A DNA stretch of 64,000 bases, taken from NCBI GenBank assembly GCA_001949185.1, contig BDGG01000009.1, forward strand, positions 186,001 to 250,000, read 5' to 3'. The position numbers were made by a program, and so were the translations under genes. Source of the stretch: Ramazzottius varieornatus. Lineage: Eukaryota; Animalia; Tardigrada. Positions 48,677 through 62,165 of the stretch are shown here, piece by piece; within the stretch, counting starts at the first letter, position 1; each line of letters starts with the position of its first letter. The notes under the pieces are model-generated. The model made no database searches and had not been told where the DNA came from. It saw nothing but the letters and a program-made list of their open reading frames with translations.

Positions 48677-49701
48677 CGCTTATAGTATGCTGCGAACTTT
48701 CTGACCCTTTTTTTGAATATGGTTTGAAACCGACACAGGATTTCGTAAAATTTCTTGCCGGCATCAACTCGACTTTTACCAGACCTTGAAGTTAGAGTTT
48801 CAAAGATTTCAAAAGATGGAGTGTCATGGTCTTCTTATACAGTACTTTGATGTCTAGTGGTCAGAGGTTTGTACAAAATGCAGTGCTCAGTCGAAATCTT
48901 ACCTGCCGGGACCTCGGTCAGCGCAGCTCGAGCTGGTTCGCTGCCATTCAGTTTTCTCGATCGAGACAGCGGGGTAAACCGTTTTGGCAGGACCTGAACA
49001 CCGCAAAATGTCACGGATGCATTTTGTGCCGTTGGGATGGCGTCATCTGTCAGTAGATTCCACTCTTTACGTCTTCACCATGGACAGAATTATAAGCGAC
49101 GATCCGTGCAGCCATGTTCCGGCCGGATCGATCCTGGACGAACACGGACGTTCCGACTTCCGAGTTCAGTCACATCCCTGACAAAGAGGGAATTGCGAAA
49201 AAAGGCCAAAGGAACTGTAAGCGCAACTCGCGCACCTACCAGCTCCACAGTACGTCGATATATGATATTCTTACGGCATACCCAAGTATTCGCCGGAGTA
49301 GGCCGTATCTAAACTTCTCCATGCGAATGCGAGGCATGGCGCTTCTTTAATCTTTACTACTCTCTTTGGCTTCTTTCTCGCATTTCCGGGGCTACTGTAC
49401 CGAGATTGGAGACTTTTTCTTCCATGAGAATTCTGATTGATTCCTTTACTCCTGCACATTTTCTGGATTCTAGAGCGCTGATCGCAAGTCGAGAAAATGA
49501 TATTCTTAAACGAAAACCCTTCCTGAACCCCGCAGATCTACAACGTGTCTGTTGACTGCGCTTTGCAGGCGTGATTGGAATTCAAGTGAGTTCTCCAACA
49601 ATCAATCAACGGTAGCCACCTGTTATGAAAGCGCTCTCCTGCTTAACCTGTGTTGCCGTTGTTAGACTCTCATTTTGCGCAGGTTGACGTCTTCCTGTAC
49701 G

Positions 49702-52700
49702 ATGCCAGTACGGACATCTGAAGGCTCCAATATGTCTACCGAAGTCGATAACAGTTCTGTTCGTGTATCTGGATTCTCTGAAAACAACTTGTCGTCTCTG
49801 AATGCGGGAGCGCCTGCTCTGGCTGACACTTTCAACGCTAGTATACAGAATTCGACAGAAGACTCTCATGCATCCGTTTCTACTTCTCATCTCAAAGGAC
49901 GTGACGACGCTGCTATGGAGGTGGATGACAGCCATAACGGTGGAGCAGCAATGCAAAATGGCAAGGGAAACGGGGTGTCTCACAGGTAAGAGCAGTTCTT
50001 CCTCTTTTCCCCATTCCACCGAGATGTCAATCAATACAGCTACGGCCAATCAATGCTCAGGTGGTTGACGTCCTGAGCTAGTTGATGCAACAGTCGTTAT
50101 GTCGCACATCGATTGTCACGTCATGAGCTGGGGAAAATGGGTTTGCGATATTATTTTGACATTCAGTCGCTTATCCATTGGGGTTATGGATCATGATTGT
50201 TGTTTCTTCCTTTGCAGCGATGAAGAGGAAACCAATGAACCGTCTACTGCCGGTGAAGGTAGGGCTGCGGAAGAAGCTCGTACACCCAAGCGACCACGAA
50301 GAGCGGCGGCAGCAGCAGCCAACCAGAAGATGCAGCAACGACGAACGCCCACAGCCTCCAAGTCAGCTGTCAAAAGCGCCTCTCGCAGAGCCGAAGCGTC
50401 CCCAGAAGCAGAAGTATCCAAAGACGCTGACGTCTCCGAGCCATCTTCCCCAGCCAGTCCAGCACCCAAAGCCAAACGACAGAAACGCAGCACTGCCAAG
50501 TCCGATCCGACCTTCAACGTTAGCGACGTCAACACCACGCTGGACAGCCAAGAAGTGACGGCGGAACCCACGGAACTGATCCAGTCCTCCATGAAGAATC
50601 GGCGTCGTCCGGGAGCCGATGTGGTCTTCAACAGCTCGACTCCCAGACGAAGAATAGGAGGTCGGCCATCGGCCAGTATCCAGACGGGGGATGACGAGCA
50701 AGTCCGCAGCCTCTACCAACTACTGAGGAACGAAGAGCAAAATGTGGACCAGCTGATCGATTCGTGGATGGATGTCTACAAGGAACGAGCCTTGACGGGC
50801 TACCTAGAGCTGGCCTCCTTCCTGGTGCAGAGTGCCGGTTGTCGGGCTAAAGTGACGGTACAGATGGCCAACATGAACAACGTTGACGTCGTCCGCCAGC
50901 TTGCCACCAAATTCGAAGAGGTATGAATAACCGCAAACTGGGCAATTAAACTCGACTAAACCGTTTCCCAAGTGGCGCACGTTCCCAGCCGAAATCACTG
51001 ACAACGTGCGCCATTTAAGGCAGCGAGTATGTTTAGTTCGTTTGCCGACGTTCCAAATAATTTGCTTAGGAAGTCTTCATGACTAAAGATCTTCTGCGTT
51101 CTACAGGACAGCAGCGAATATCCGTTAGTCAAGAGTGGACCAGACGGACGCAGGTTCCGCACGGAGTTTGTGGATTTCCTGGACAAGCTGATTGACACTA
51201 TCAAACAAGGCATTCTGTTGGATGACTACTTGATGCCACAGCTGTCCAACTTTCTCATTGAGCTCTCCGATTCATCGGTTCGCGCATTCCGGCATACCGC
51301 CACCCTAGCTGGTAAGTTGAACGCGATGCAGTCGGGGGAATTTGTTCAAGGTCCCGGTTAGATATTTTTGCCTGTTCTTCTACGACGTGGCTGTCAAGGC
51401 CGTGCCCGGCACGAACTTGAGTGTTTGCTGCACATTCCTCCAGGCCTTAGAGTGGGTAGCTGATGTCATGTCCTGTGTACTTGTAGGCGTTAAGATCATG
51501 ACGGCATTGGTCAATGCCAGCAAAGTGGTCAAACACTCGTTGAAGGATGCGGAGAAGCTGTTGCAAGCCGAAGAGAGCAAGAAGCGTCCCAACAAAGAAG
51601 CGCTACAGATGCGCAAGAAGACGCACGAAGACCATGAACGAACGGTGGAAAAGATACATAACCTCTTTGACAAGCTGTGCAAAGCCATCTTTTACCAGCG
51701 GTATCGTGACCACAACGTGCAGGTGCGCGAGTTGTGCATGGAAGAGCTGGGCGAATGGATGAAGCGCGACCCACAACGCTACGTCGACGACACATACCTC
51801 AAGTACCTGGGCTGGTCGCTCAACGACAAGGAAGCCTCCGTTCGACGCAAATGCCTGCAAAGCATCCTCCTGGTTTACCAACAGGATGACAACAAGGACC
51901 GCCTCAAACTCTTCACCAACAAATTTAAGGTATGCACCAAGTTCTCGGTTGGTTTCCCCAAGTGGCGCACGTTTTCTGTGTTACTGCCTGACAGAGCGCG
52001 CCACTTGGGAAATCCAGCCAGATTGCTCTCCCAAGTGGCGCACGTTCAATAGGAATCGAGTGGAAGTGTGCGCCGCTTGGGGAAACAATATGGTCAAGAT
52101 TGTTTGCCGTGCTCCTTTATCTTACGGGAGTTTTGTACACCTTCGATTTGGATGACTGTACTGAACGTTTATGTATGGGCGTTGTAGGATCGGTTTGTCC
52201 AAATGGCGACGGCGGAAGTTGATGGCGAGTGTGCTGTCAAGGCCATGAAGATGTGCTGCGCCATGGACAAGCTACAGGATGGCGTCTTCCTCCCTGACGA
52301 CTTGGAAAACCTGTACCAGATGATCTACGTTATGGATCGACCGCTGGCTCTAGCTACTGCTGACTTCCTTGTCGGTGAGATGAAAGTTCTTTCATTGTGT
52401 TTGCGCCCGGTTAAATTATCGTATGGGAGAAACCCTCAAGGCCGTGCTTTGCACCGCCTTGACCGCATCTTTGTTCTATACTTGTTCAGTCACGAATTCC
52501 GACTTCGCTAGTGGTGATTTCAACAGGTCGGATGGAACAGTTGGCGGAGGCAGCAGGGGACAATCGCGGTGACGAACGCCGCAATCTGGTGGAAGTGGTC
52601 AACTTTGTGGCCGAGAGTGGGGAGGAACGCCACTCGGCTTACTTGGTGGACAGCCTGATGGAAGTCATGCCGGCCATCAAGGCTTGGGAAGCCATGACTA

Positions 52701-55700
52701 GCCTGCTCCTACAAGACACCACCGCTAGTGCAGAAGGCGAGACGGCCCTCAGCGACGACCTACAACAGATCCTCATTGCCATCATGTGTTGGGCTATCAA
52801 GCAAGTGGCCACCGGCGAAGGACCGGTCGGCAGGAGCACGGCAGCCGCCCGCAAGAACAAACTCAAAGACAAGGAAAAGGAGAAGGTAACTTTCACCATC
52901 TGGCAACTCGGCAAACTAACTCACCAGGCTGTTTCTCAAGTTGCACACGCTGTCAGCCGAAAACACTGAAAACGTGCGCCAATTACGAGAGCGAAGTCGA
53001 TATTATCTTGCTGTAAGTGGCGCACACTTCCGGCCAGTGTCAATGAGAACGTGCGTCACTTACAGAAAATGAGTGTTTTTTGTCGAGTTTGCTTTCCCAA
53101 GTGGTGCATGTTTTTCAGTAATATTCTCCGGAAGCGTGCACCGTTTTGGGGAAATGAACTGGAGGAGTTTGCTTGGCGAGCTTCCGTCTTTTCTGCCGGT
53201 TGGCTTTAGTTTCATTTTTGACGTGGTTGTGCAGGTGGAGACTGACAAAAGGCAACTGACGACTCACTTCATCACCGCGCTGCCCCAGTTACTGAGCAAG
53301 TACAAGCAAGATGTCCGCAAAGTCGGCTTGTTGATCTCTGTCCCGCAGTATTTTGACGTGAATATGTACACCAGACTTCTCAAAGAAGACGTAAGTCTGC
53401 CCGAGTTCTAGTCGTTGGAAGTTATTCCGATCGCCGAGTCAGCTCTGCTGTTTTTCCTACGAAATCACCTGCCGAATTCGTGCCTAGCACGGCCTTGATT
53501 TGTCTTTCGTGTCAAGGCCGTGCCCCGGCTCAAACTTCGACAGAAATTTCCGGAGAAAAAGCCACAAACTTTGGTTGTGTCCTCAAGTGGCGCATGTTGT
53601 CAGTGTTATTAGCTGGAAGCGTGCGCCTCTTGTCGGACGGTGTGTACTGTAACTCTCCGCGATTGTACCCCCTTTGGGCTTTTCTTGGATTGATAAATCT
53701 AGAATGGTCTGAAACGTGTTGGTTGGTTGGTTGTAGGAGTTGGATCGTCTGTTGGACCTGTTAGTCGAGATGTTTGAGGGTAGCGAAGAGCTGGCACTGT
53801 TGAGGCAGTGCACCAAGTCGCTGGAAGCCCTACAGCAACAAGGTAGTGGGACGGTCAACCGGGTAGCCGCCCAGAAGTCGGTTCTAGCGGAGGCCGTCTC
53901 CTCTAAGTTTAAGGAAGCGCTGCCTCTGTGGCTAGCCGGTGGTTCCGAGCGGGAAGTGGTCTACGCAGTGGAGAGCAGTCTGATGCGCTTGTCAGCGCTC
54001 TTCTCCACCTTCGACCTGTCCTTCCTCGAGCTGTGGGAGGACCTTTTTAGTGTTTGTGTCAAGAGTTTGAGTCAAGAGGACAACAGCTGTACCCAGACTT
54101 CGCTGGTGAGGAAGGTGGTCAACTGTTGCACCATGCACCTGACATGGCGCCTGGTAGCCTTGAAGAAGCTGGATCCGGGCGAGGGGCACGACCAGACAAG
54201 GCCTAGCGACGAAGAGATAGCTACGCACATGCAGCGCGTACATGACTTCATTAACTGCCTCATACCCCAACTGGCCAACGCTGAAGCACCCAACGAAACC
54301 GTCAGTGCCGTAAGTCCGACTTTGTTCTTATCTTGAAATAGTTCATCCTATGGGAGTTACCTGAAATAATACGGACATATTCTCGGGGATTAACGCGAAC
54401 AAGTTCTGAGGGGCGAAGAGCCGATAGTAGTTCATATACATCGCTGTACCGAACTTACATATTGACCAGCTGCTTATTTACATGTCGGAAGTGTATGGAG
54501 GTCTGTGGAAGGTGGTCTTTCACCGACCTACATACAGTTAGTTGGGTTTGCTAACCTCGGTATGAGTATGCAGGTTTCTGATTGGTAACCTGAATGCACC
54601 CACTCACGCACAGTTGCTCAGGCTTATGAACAGTGGAATGAGTATGCAGGTGCATAGAAGCTGACTCCACGGTGGCATGTACTGGAAGTACCTAAGCTGA
54701 ATTTTCATAGTAGTTTCAAAGAGCGGTTTGTGTTTTGGGGACAGATGTTCGTGTCGGTGTTGGATCTTCTCGTCTTGCACCACCACCCGAAAGCGGAAGC
54801 ACCTGCCTGGCAGTCGTCGTTGAATCTGCAGCTGAACCACGAGCAACAGTCGGTCTTGGCCAATTTCATCGACTCGCACGTCTTTTCCAGCACTCTCCCC
54901 GCTACTCTGCCCGAAGATGCTCGGGCGTTCCAAGTGCACAAGCGTCGCCTACTCCTCCTACACTTTTCTCGGGCTTTAACTGCCGGCACCATCAAGCCCC
55001 GTTACGCTTCTGCCGTCTTCAAACACTACCTGACCGTAAGTCTTCATCTCACACCCGTTTCTTTTCATGCCATCAGTCGTAGGGAAATATCCACCGGCTG
55101 AATAACGACTTGTCTGTGCGTCGTAGAATTCGAGAGATTACGGGGATGTGGTGAAGGATGCCGTGCGTCGCTTGCAAGAGACTAGCAAAAGTTTCTGCGC
55201 TGAAGCGGTGGCCGCCACGCTGGTGGATCTCTTTGTAGGCAACCAGGCCAAACTGCGTCGTAACTCCAAGGAACTGGGCGATCTGAAGGATGCAGCCAAA
55301 CGCTATGCTGTCCTCTTTGCTACCGATAACGACCAAGGCCGTAAAGCCATGGGTCTCCTCCACAAGTACGTGACCCTTTTGAAGGTTCCTTTTCCTGTTT
55401 GTTCCTTTCGCTTCTTGGCTAATGCTTTCTGTTCACCATAGGTATTGTATCGAATTCATCAGTTCGGCGGCGAACGACGCTGACCTGGCCCGCCGCGTTC
55501 TCTTCTTCGACGTCTTGGTGGAATTCGCCCCCCGTCTCAAGCGCGAGGACAAAGCTTCCATGTTAGTTTCTCACTTTTTGATCGCTTTGTGGAAAACAGC
55601 GCATCTTTTCAGTGGCGCATCTTTCCGGTTAAAATCACTGGCAACGTGCGCCACTTGAGAAATTCGTCTTTTCCGTTTTCTTAAGTGGTGCACGCTGTCA

Positions 55701-56257
55701 GCCGCAACTGCCGGCAGGGTGCGCCACTTGGGAAAACGATCTGGTCGACTTTATTTGCCGAGTTCCCAGATATTGATGTTGTGTGTGCCTTCAGTGTACG
55801 ACATCTTGGGACCCTGTCCAACCTCCCTGGACACCTGAACGCGGACGAGCGCGTGCCCTTCATGCAGTACAAGAACCAGCTGACGCTGTCGGGCATCGAC
55901 GACACCGAGCAAGTGGACAAGCACCGCCGCGGCCGACGCGTCAACGCCCCCACACCCAAGGCCCCTTCCTCCGTCAAGAGCGTCGGGCCTCGCAGTCGCG
56001 CCACTGACACGCCGGCTCCCTCCATAGCCCCATCTGACATGACTGACCGAGACCAAGACGTGGCCATGGAGGAAGCACCTTCCGCACCGGAAGTCACCAT
56101 TGCCAGCCAAGCTGAAACCGAAGCCGAACGTCCACCAGAGGAAGAGAGAGACGCAGTCGACGATACACATGCCCCCGAAGAGGACCCTAGCCAGGCCCTT
56201 CCATCACAGCAGACCGACGAGTCACAGAGAACCGACGCAACAGCTTCTTCTGAATAG
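49702..56257 (+). CDS. SA: Cohesin subunit SA/stromalin (STAG/Scc3), ~12 exons
   Basis: STAG domain YPLVKSG..DDYLM..LSDSSVRAFRHTATLAGVKIMTALV; SCD motif QRYRD..VRELCMEELGEWMK..DDTYLKYLGWSLNDK; LTTHFITALPQLLSKY. Confidence 0.93.
52905..53182. repeat. Palindromic element, 3 units, SA intron (further SA copies ~50936-51050, 51950-52115, 53575-53635, 55600-55768)
   Basis: aactcggcaaac ... gcttggcgagctt ends; units at ~52938, 53015 and 53099. Confidence 0.92.
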
Positions 56258-57981
56258 TTTTGAAAAGTTTTCTCTTTTCTTGTTTTTCTCTCTTGCTGCT
56301 ACTTGTCGCTTTTCGTATTTCTTTTCCGAGAGGTTCTCGTCTTATCCTTGAGTAGTGCATAGTTTAATTTACAGTGTAGTTAGAGATCGTCGTTCCTAGC
56401 TTTACCTTGTTGTTGTAGTATCTGGGTCAAAAGAGAAGAGCGCCTTTTTCTGTATTGCGAATCACCACAATCTCTGCGTTATGTAACTTATGTACGATCG
56501 TCTTGTCACAGAAAAAAATCCGACATTTTGTATACTTCTTCAGTTCTCTGAAATTTAATAATGTTTACCGCCAAATTTTTTTGACGTACAAGCACTACAC
56601 AGCGATCGTGGTTTTCTGTCGCATTTCCTATGTATATCCGTTGGTGGTGTTAGATTCTGGTTTTTTCTTCGTCAAATAAATACGTCCTGAAACCGACGCC
56701 ATTCTTTGCCTGCAAATATGTAAGTATTAATATTTTCCATAATATTATGGAATATAGTTCTAAAATATTTAATTCCGCCTGACCCAACGCAGTTCACTAA
56801 CGTCGATCTACTGCGCCTAATTTCTCATGCGTTATGAAACTCCATCAAAACACCTTCTCGAGGGCGCATTGCTTTTTCATCTTACCCACTGCATAGTGAA
56901 TTCTTGTAGCGTACCGAGTTAGTACATAGTGTTTCCGCCCGGTGACTACCACCTTGTCATTTTCATGGCTCTCTCAAATGAGTGAGTTTTCCTCCTCACT
57001 ACTACTTTTCGTTGATTGAGCACTCATTTTGCTACCTTTCAAAAATAACTAGCCTTGTAAAAATGTTTATGGGAAGCCGAAGCTTGACCCGAGACTGGGG
57101 AAGGTGCGAGCGCGTAGCTGCTCCGGGGTGAACTTTTCGCTCATTCTCCCTCAGCAAAAAAAGCTTTTGTTACTCATCCCCACTTCTGCGCTCAAGCTGC
57201 TGATTGAAAGTTGTTCAACTCTAATTTGAAAAGTGAAAGACTACCAAGTAGCGAAACGTCTGATAACCAGTCACAGTTCTTCGCTGCAGGTCTGTGGGAC
57301 CCGCGAGCCATGGGGATCTTAGGCAACGGAGCTGTTCGAAGCTGTTGGAAGAAAAATGGCGAAAGCGATGGGCGAGTCTTCATCTTTTCAGTTCTTCAAG
57401 CAGCCAGTTTTGACAAGCACCGAATTGTTCGTAGAAACTCTTCTGGTCTCAGAACAGTGAGAAACAAGAGAAGTCGCGATGAATTACATTATGTCTTAGA
57501 TGCCGAAAAGGGAAAGTCTGTCCACGCATGATTGTTTCTTTGTTGCTTCACTTTGCTCCTCCACTGTCTTTAGGACGAAGATGGTACCTACTTCTTAATG
57601 ACCAGGGCAGTGCATTAGTCGTTTATCTATCGCGCATAATTTCATGCTTCATGAGGTTGCATCAAAAGGATCATCTTGGGAGGTTCTTCTGTTTACCCTG
57701 AACAGTGTAAGATGAAGCCTCGGAGCGTACCCTGTTTACAGAAGATGCCAAAGTCAGAGTCGAGTGTCGACTCTGACATGCGATAGCTCTATGGAGAAGT
57801 GGGCATGTAGAAAACATGAAAAAAGAAATATTCATTCTTTCTCAGTAAACGCACGGTGAAAGCGCGTAACATCTTGTGCACTGGTATATATCATGATCGA
57901 GTTTGCATGAAATAGAAAGTGGGAGGTGAGAAAAATGTAGTAAGTTTCCAGTTGTCAAATCTGTCTGTGCATAAACACTCA

Positions 57982-60900
57982 TCACTGAAAGGGCTTCCGC
58001 CCAAAGGGAACTGGTGCCACGTAAGGAACTGGGTTGCTGTTCGCGATGGGCGACGCAGCGGCCAACAGGCGTCCGGCCTTTTCGACCATATCAGAGACAC
58101 CTTTATCCACGTATTGGACGGTAGTGGCTTCAGCAACCACCGGAAGTGACTCCAGTCTCAAAGGCCTAGCCGGCCACTCATCAACCAGCGATGCATTGCG
58201 AAAGATATCCTGCCATTTCTGGGAGGCCTTCAGAGAAGGCAAGACATACGACACCATCCATTCCTCGTAGACGGACTGGTCAAAAACGGTGGCAAAGGTG
58301 CTGTTGGCCATTCTCATGTACTGCTCCAGCACAACCTTGTTGTGGTCCAGCTTGAGAAGAATCTCTTCCACACGGGCTTGCTGAACGAAACCTTGACGCG
58401 ATTGGTACTCGGGGAACTTCTTCTCCAGCTCGTTGACGTGATCGGCAATCATCTTGGTGAGCCCCACGATGCCGTGTACGGATTGGAAGACTTCGACTCC
58501 CGGGAATACACAGCTGCTGAAACCTTCCAAATACGCGTCGTAGTCGACAAAGTTGAGGCTGACCGGCACTTGCTGACACAAAAGAACGTTAGCAGCCTTC
58601 TCGATACCCGACATGGACAGTCCACCTAGAATAACCAACCGTCAAATGTGTACATCTGTGTTCACTAATCGTACAGGAAAGTATTGTTTTTACAAGTTAT
58701 TCGCAAACGAAACATACTGTAAAATGCCGATATCTCAAGCGGCGCACGTTTCACTGATATTTAATGGAAGCTTGCGCCACTTCGACAAACGACTTGGTTG
58801 TGTCTCAAGTGCGCCACTTGAGACACGATTCTCGTTCGTTTCGTTTAACGGCCTTTCAAATACATTTATATGGAAATATTGTACAAAAAAGATGGGCTTA
58901 CCGTCGACGAGGACTTGCATGTTAATGGCCAAAGAAGGGACGGCAGCAGGGAAGAGTTCGCACAGTGGATAAAAGTGGTCAAAGCGCGACCAACCGGTCA
59001 GCGCGATGCCCCTAAAGTTGTTCATCTTGTGGCCGTTGTACGACAGAGCTTCCAACCAGGAAGTGTGGATGCGAACCTGTGTGCCGATATTCGGCATTTG
59101 CATGACCTCCGAAGCCGAGCCTTTGAAAGCCGTGGCACCCCAAAAGTTGTCGAACACTCCAGCGTAAAGGTCTCCGTTGGCAGGCAAGTGGTGTACCCAG
59201 TCAGGGTAGTAGCTCCAGATCATGGGTTCGGCGTATTTGGTCAGCCCACCCAGGCCCTGGATGATTTGTGCACTGGTCATGCTGTGGAACATGTCGTCCC
59301 ATAAAATTGGTTTAACTTGAGGGTAGGTCTGTCGGATGTGCGTTAGGACTTGAGCAACGTAGGACAGGAACAGTGTCTGCTTGCCGTTAAGTTGGTCCGC
59401 GGCCAGGACCTTTCCGCAAACCGGACACGAACCAAGCTGATACACCTGCAATCCCACCGCTCAGTTAGAGCGTGCTACAACGACTACAATTACCGAAACA
59501 GTTTGACGTAATCATTGATGATGAGTCAGCTCATGATTTTTCTACGGCAATGTCTGACAAGTCCGGCAAGTTTTTGCCATTATACAGTGTACGACAAAAT
59601 AAACCGTTGAAAATGGGTGTTGGATGAAGCCAGATGGATAAAGCGAATGAAATTTGCGCATGCAGTAAAATATAATTCTCATTGGCTGAGTTGTAAATAA
59701 GCTCTAGCTGCTGTGTCATGCTTCATTTTTAGCGGTTATTTTCGTCGTACACTGTATATGCTACACGCAGGACGAGAAGATATCGTACAGTAAAAAATTA
59801 TGGTACAGGCCGTTTTAGCTAGGGCGGTGCGGAAGCACGTACATACGCGACCGATTCACAGTAATACACCTTTCGACACTTTTCTACGGTCGAATTACCA
59901 TTTTGCCGTCCTTTTCGCCTGTCCCATAATTTTTACTGTACCATAATTTCTCGTCTTGCGTGTACGGAATTTCGTAGCAAATTAGTGTCGAGCACGGCCT
60001 TGACAGGTGTACCGCAGGAAAAATGGCAGAAAACTTATGGGGCGCTGAATACCTCCCAGCGAGTGGGATTCAGCATATCTTACCTCGTCAGCGCCAATGT
60101 GCAAATAGTTACTCTCTGGGTGAGCTGCCATCATCTGGGCTATTAATTCTTTCACAAGTTCGAAGGAACTGTTCCGAGAGGGGCAAACTGCTTGTGGGAA
60201 GTTTGGTACTTCGCGGACTTCCTTGAAGTCCTTGTGTTTCAGAACGAACTCCAGATGACCAAAGGTCTGCACCAAGGGGATAATGTACAGCCCATTCTCC
60301 TTGGCCAGTTTGCGGATAGTAACAATGTCGTCTTTGGTGTAAGCATTCTTGGCTCGGCTAATCTTTAGGCGACCCTCGTAGGGAAAAATGTCCTCGTACT
60401 CCATCAGCAAGCCTGTGGCACCCATCTTTTTCAGTAAGGGAAAGATCAGCTTGTAGTACTTGACCAACGGTGGAGCACCCTTCAAGTCGAAATGCACCAG
60501 CTTTTCCTTGATGACTACTGGAGGGCTAAAACTCGTTTCCACAACGCCTAAGACGACAAATAGAAACAAATAATATTCGAAACTAGTTTGAGAGCTCGGC
60601 AAACGACTTCGAACAGACTATTTTCCCAAGTGGCGCACGCTTGCTGTATTATTGCCTGACAGCGTGCGCCACTTCGGAAAGCAAACCCGTCTAGGAAGTT
60701 TTACTAAGTGGCGCACGTTTCCAACCAATATCACTGAAACGTGCGCCTCTTGGGGAAAAGATCTTGTGCGTTTCACTTGCCGGTCTGCTGTTTTTCAAGA
60801 ACCAAACACTCTGTCGTCCTTTACCTAATTGTTGAGTGTTCTGCCATGTCATCATGGGTTCTTTCTGCTGCAAGACTCCGTTGTTCCCGACAGCCCAGTT

Positions 60901-61593
60901 CGCCCCATTCACATTCCCGCTATTATGCTCCGCGACAATATCCAAAGGTTGACCCAAGTTCGGGTTGTGCTGCTGCCGCTGTGCTTGCGCAAACGGCAGT
61001 GGATTCTCAGCTAGCTGCGCAATATGGGGCTGGACGATCTTAATGGGCTGAGCACCTCCTGGAAAGAATGGGGGTATCTGGGACAGGAACTGCTGGATCG
61101 CCGGATTGATGGTCTTGCCTTGAGACTCCGGCTGTTTGAACGGGTCCTCACGAACTGACGGGAGGAATTTTCGTCGTACATTCGTCCTCTTCGTCGAGAT
61201 GGTTCCGCTGGTTTCTGCTGAAGCCGGTTCGTCATCGACCCCGGTCTGTTCATTGGGCTGAACAAAACCCGGATAATCTTCTTCGCCGCCGTGATCGCCC
61301 CGTCTGAAGCTGTCTTCTTCCTCCATCGAAGCATCCTTTTGGCTTGGTTGAGGCAAGGCTGGACGTCGTACAGCGCCATCTGGCGCAGGTTTCTCCGGTG
61401 CGTCATGTAGGGCATTGTCAGCTTCGGCGTAATCCTTTTTTAATATTCGCTGAACTCCATCAGTTGACTCCAAGTTTTTGCCGCCAAAGAATGATTTCAG
61501 CCCAATAACACAGAATATAGCAAGACTTAGCAATAAGCACAATTGAACAACTTTGCTGACAGACAGCGACTGAAGCTTCCGCATCAGACGCAT
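57982..61593 (-). CDS. HEXD: Hexosaminidase D-like GH20 enzyme with type II membrane anchor and long stem
   Basis: LVHFDLKGAPP, LLMEYEDIFPY, IIPLVQTFGHLEFVLK, catalytic HIGADEV, ILWDDM, ALTGWSRFDHF; N-terminal TM VVQLCLLLSLAIFCVIGL. Confidence 0.92.
59585..59754. mobile_element. Tc1/mariner-type MITE (CAGTG ends, TA duplication) in HEXD intron
   Basis: ta|cagtgtacgacaaaataaaccgttgaaaatg ... catttttagcggttattttcgtcgtacactg|ta. Confidence 0.8.
59764..59962. mobile_element. Second TA-flanked MITE directly adjacent in the same intron
   Basis: ta|cacgcaggacgagaa..gtacagtaaaaaattatgg ... ccataatttttactgtacc..ttctcgtcttgcgtg|ta. Confidence 0.8.
60592..60786. repeat. Palindromic element, 2 units, HEXD intron 1
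   Basis: gagctcggcaaac end; units at 60628 and 60706 (period 78). Confidence 0.93.
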
Positions 61594-61964
61594 TATTTAG
61601 AAACGAACAGAGTACATGCGGATATGCTATCTCGACGGCATGTTGCTCTGAGAAGTCGGCGTAATTATGATGATGAGAAAGGTCGTCAAAGCGTCAAGGA
61701 CTTATTGATAGCTAATGGGTCTTTGATAGCTGGTATGATAACATGCATTTACGGGTTGTAGAGCGGACATGATCGTGGGGGATCCAGATATACCCGGTAG
61801 GACTGGAGGTGGTTTGCACTTGCAGGTTCTTTGTTGACACTTTGTAAAGCAAACAGTCAAGACCCGTGTGTACACGGCAGGCAGATCAGTCAATGTTGTC
61901 GACAATGAAATGCTGTCGTATCACCTGTAATGAAGGTGGAATTGAAAAAAATTTACAATTCAAA

Positions 61965-62165
61965 CCTCAGCGAACCAACTCGAAAAGATGGCTTTTCCTA
62001 AGTGGCGCACTCTTCCGGCCATTAATACTGTGAACGTGTGCCAATTGTAAACACGACCTGGCCGAGTTTGATCGCCGAAGTGGCGCACGTTTATAGTGTC
62101 ATTAGCTGAAGCAGTGCGCCACTTGGGAGAAAAACAATCTGGGTTGTGTTTGCTTGCCGAGCTTC
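61965..62165. repeat. Palindromic element, 2 units, upstream of HEXD start (further copy ~63350-63515)
   Basis: Units at ~62000 and ~62078; ends gcttgccgagctt. Confidence 0.9.

Noticed and set aside
45500-49500. Numerous 60-170 aa ORFs between Mnt and SA
   Set aside because: No domain, splice-consistent structure or coding-like composition; probably regulatory or UTR sequence with MITEs.
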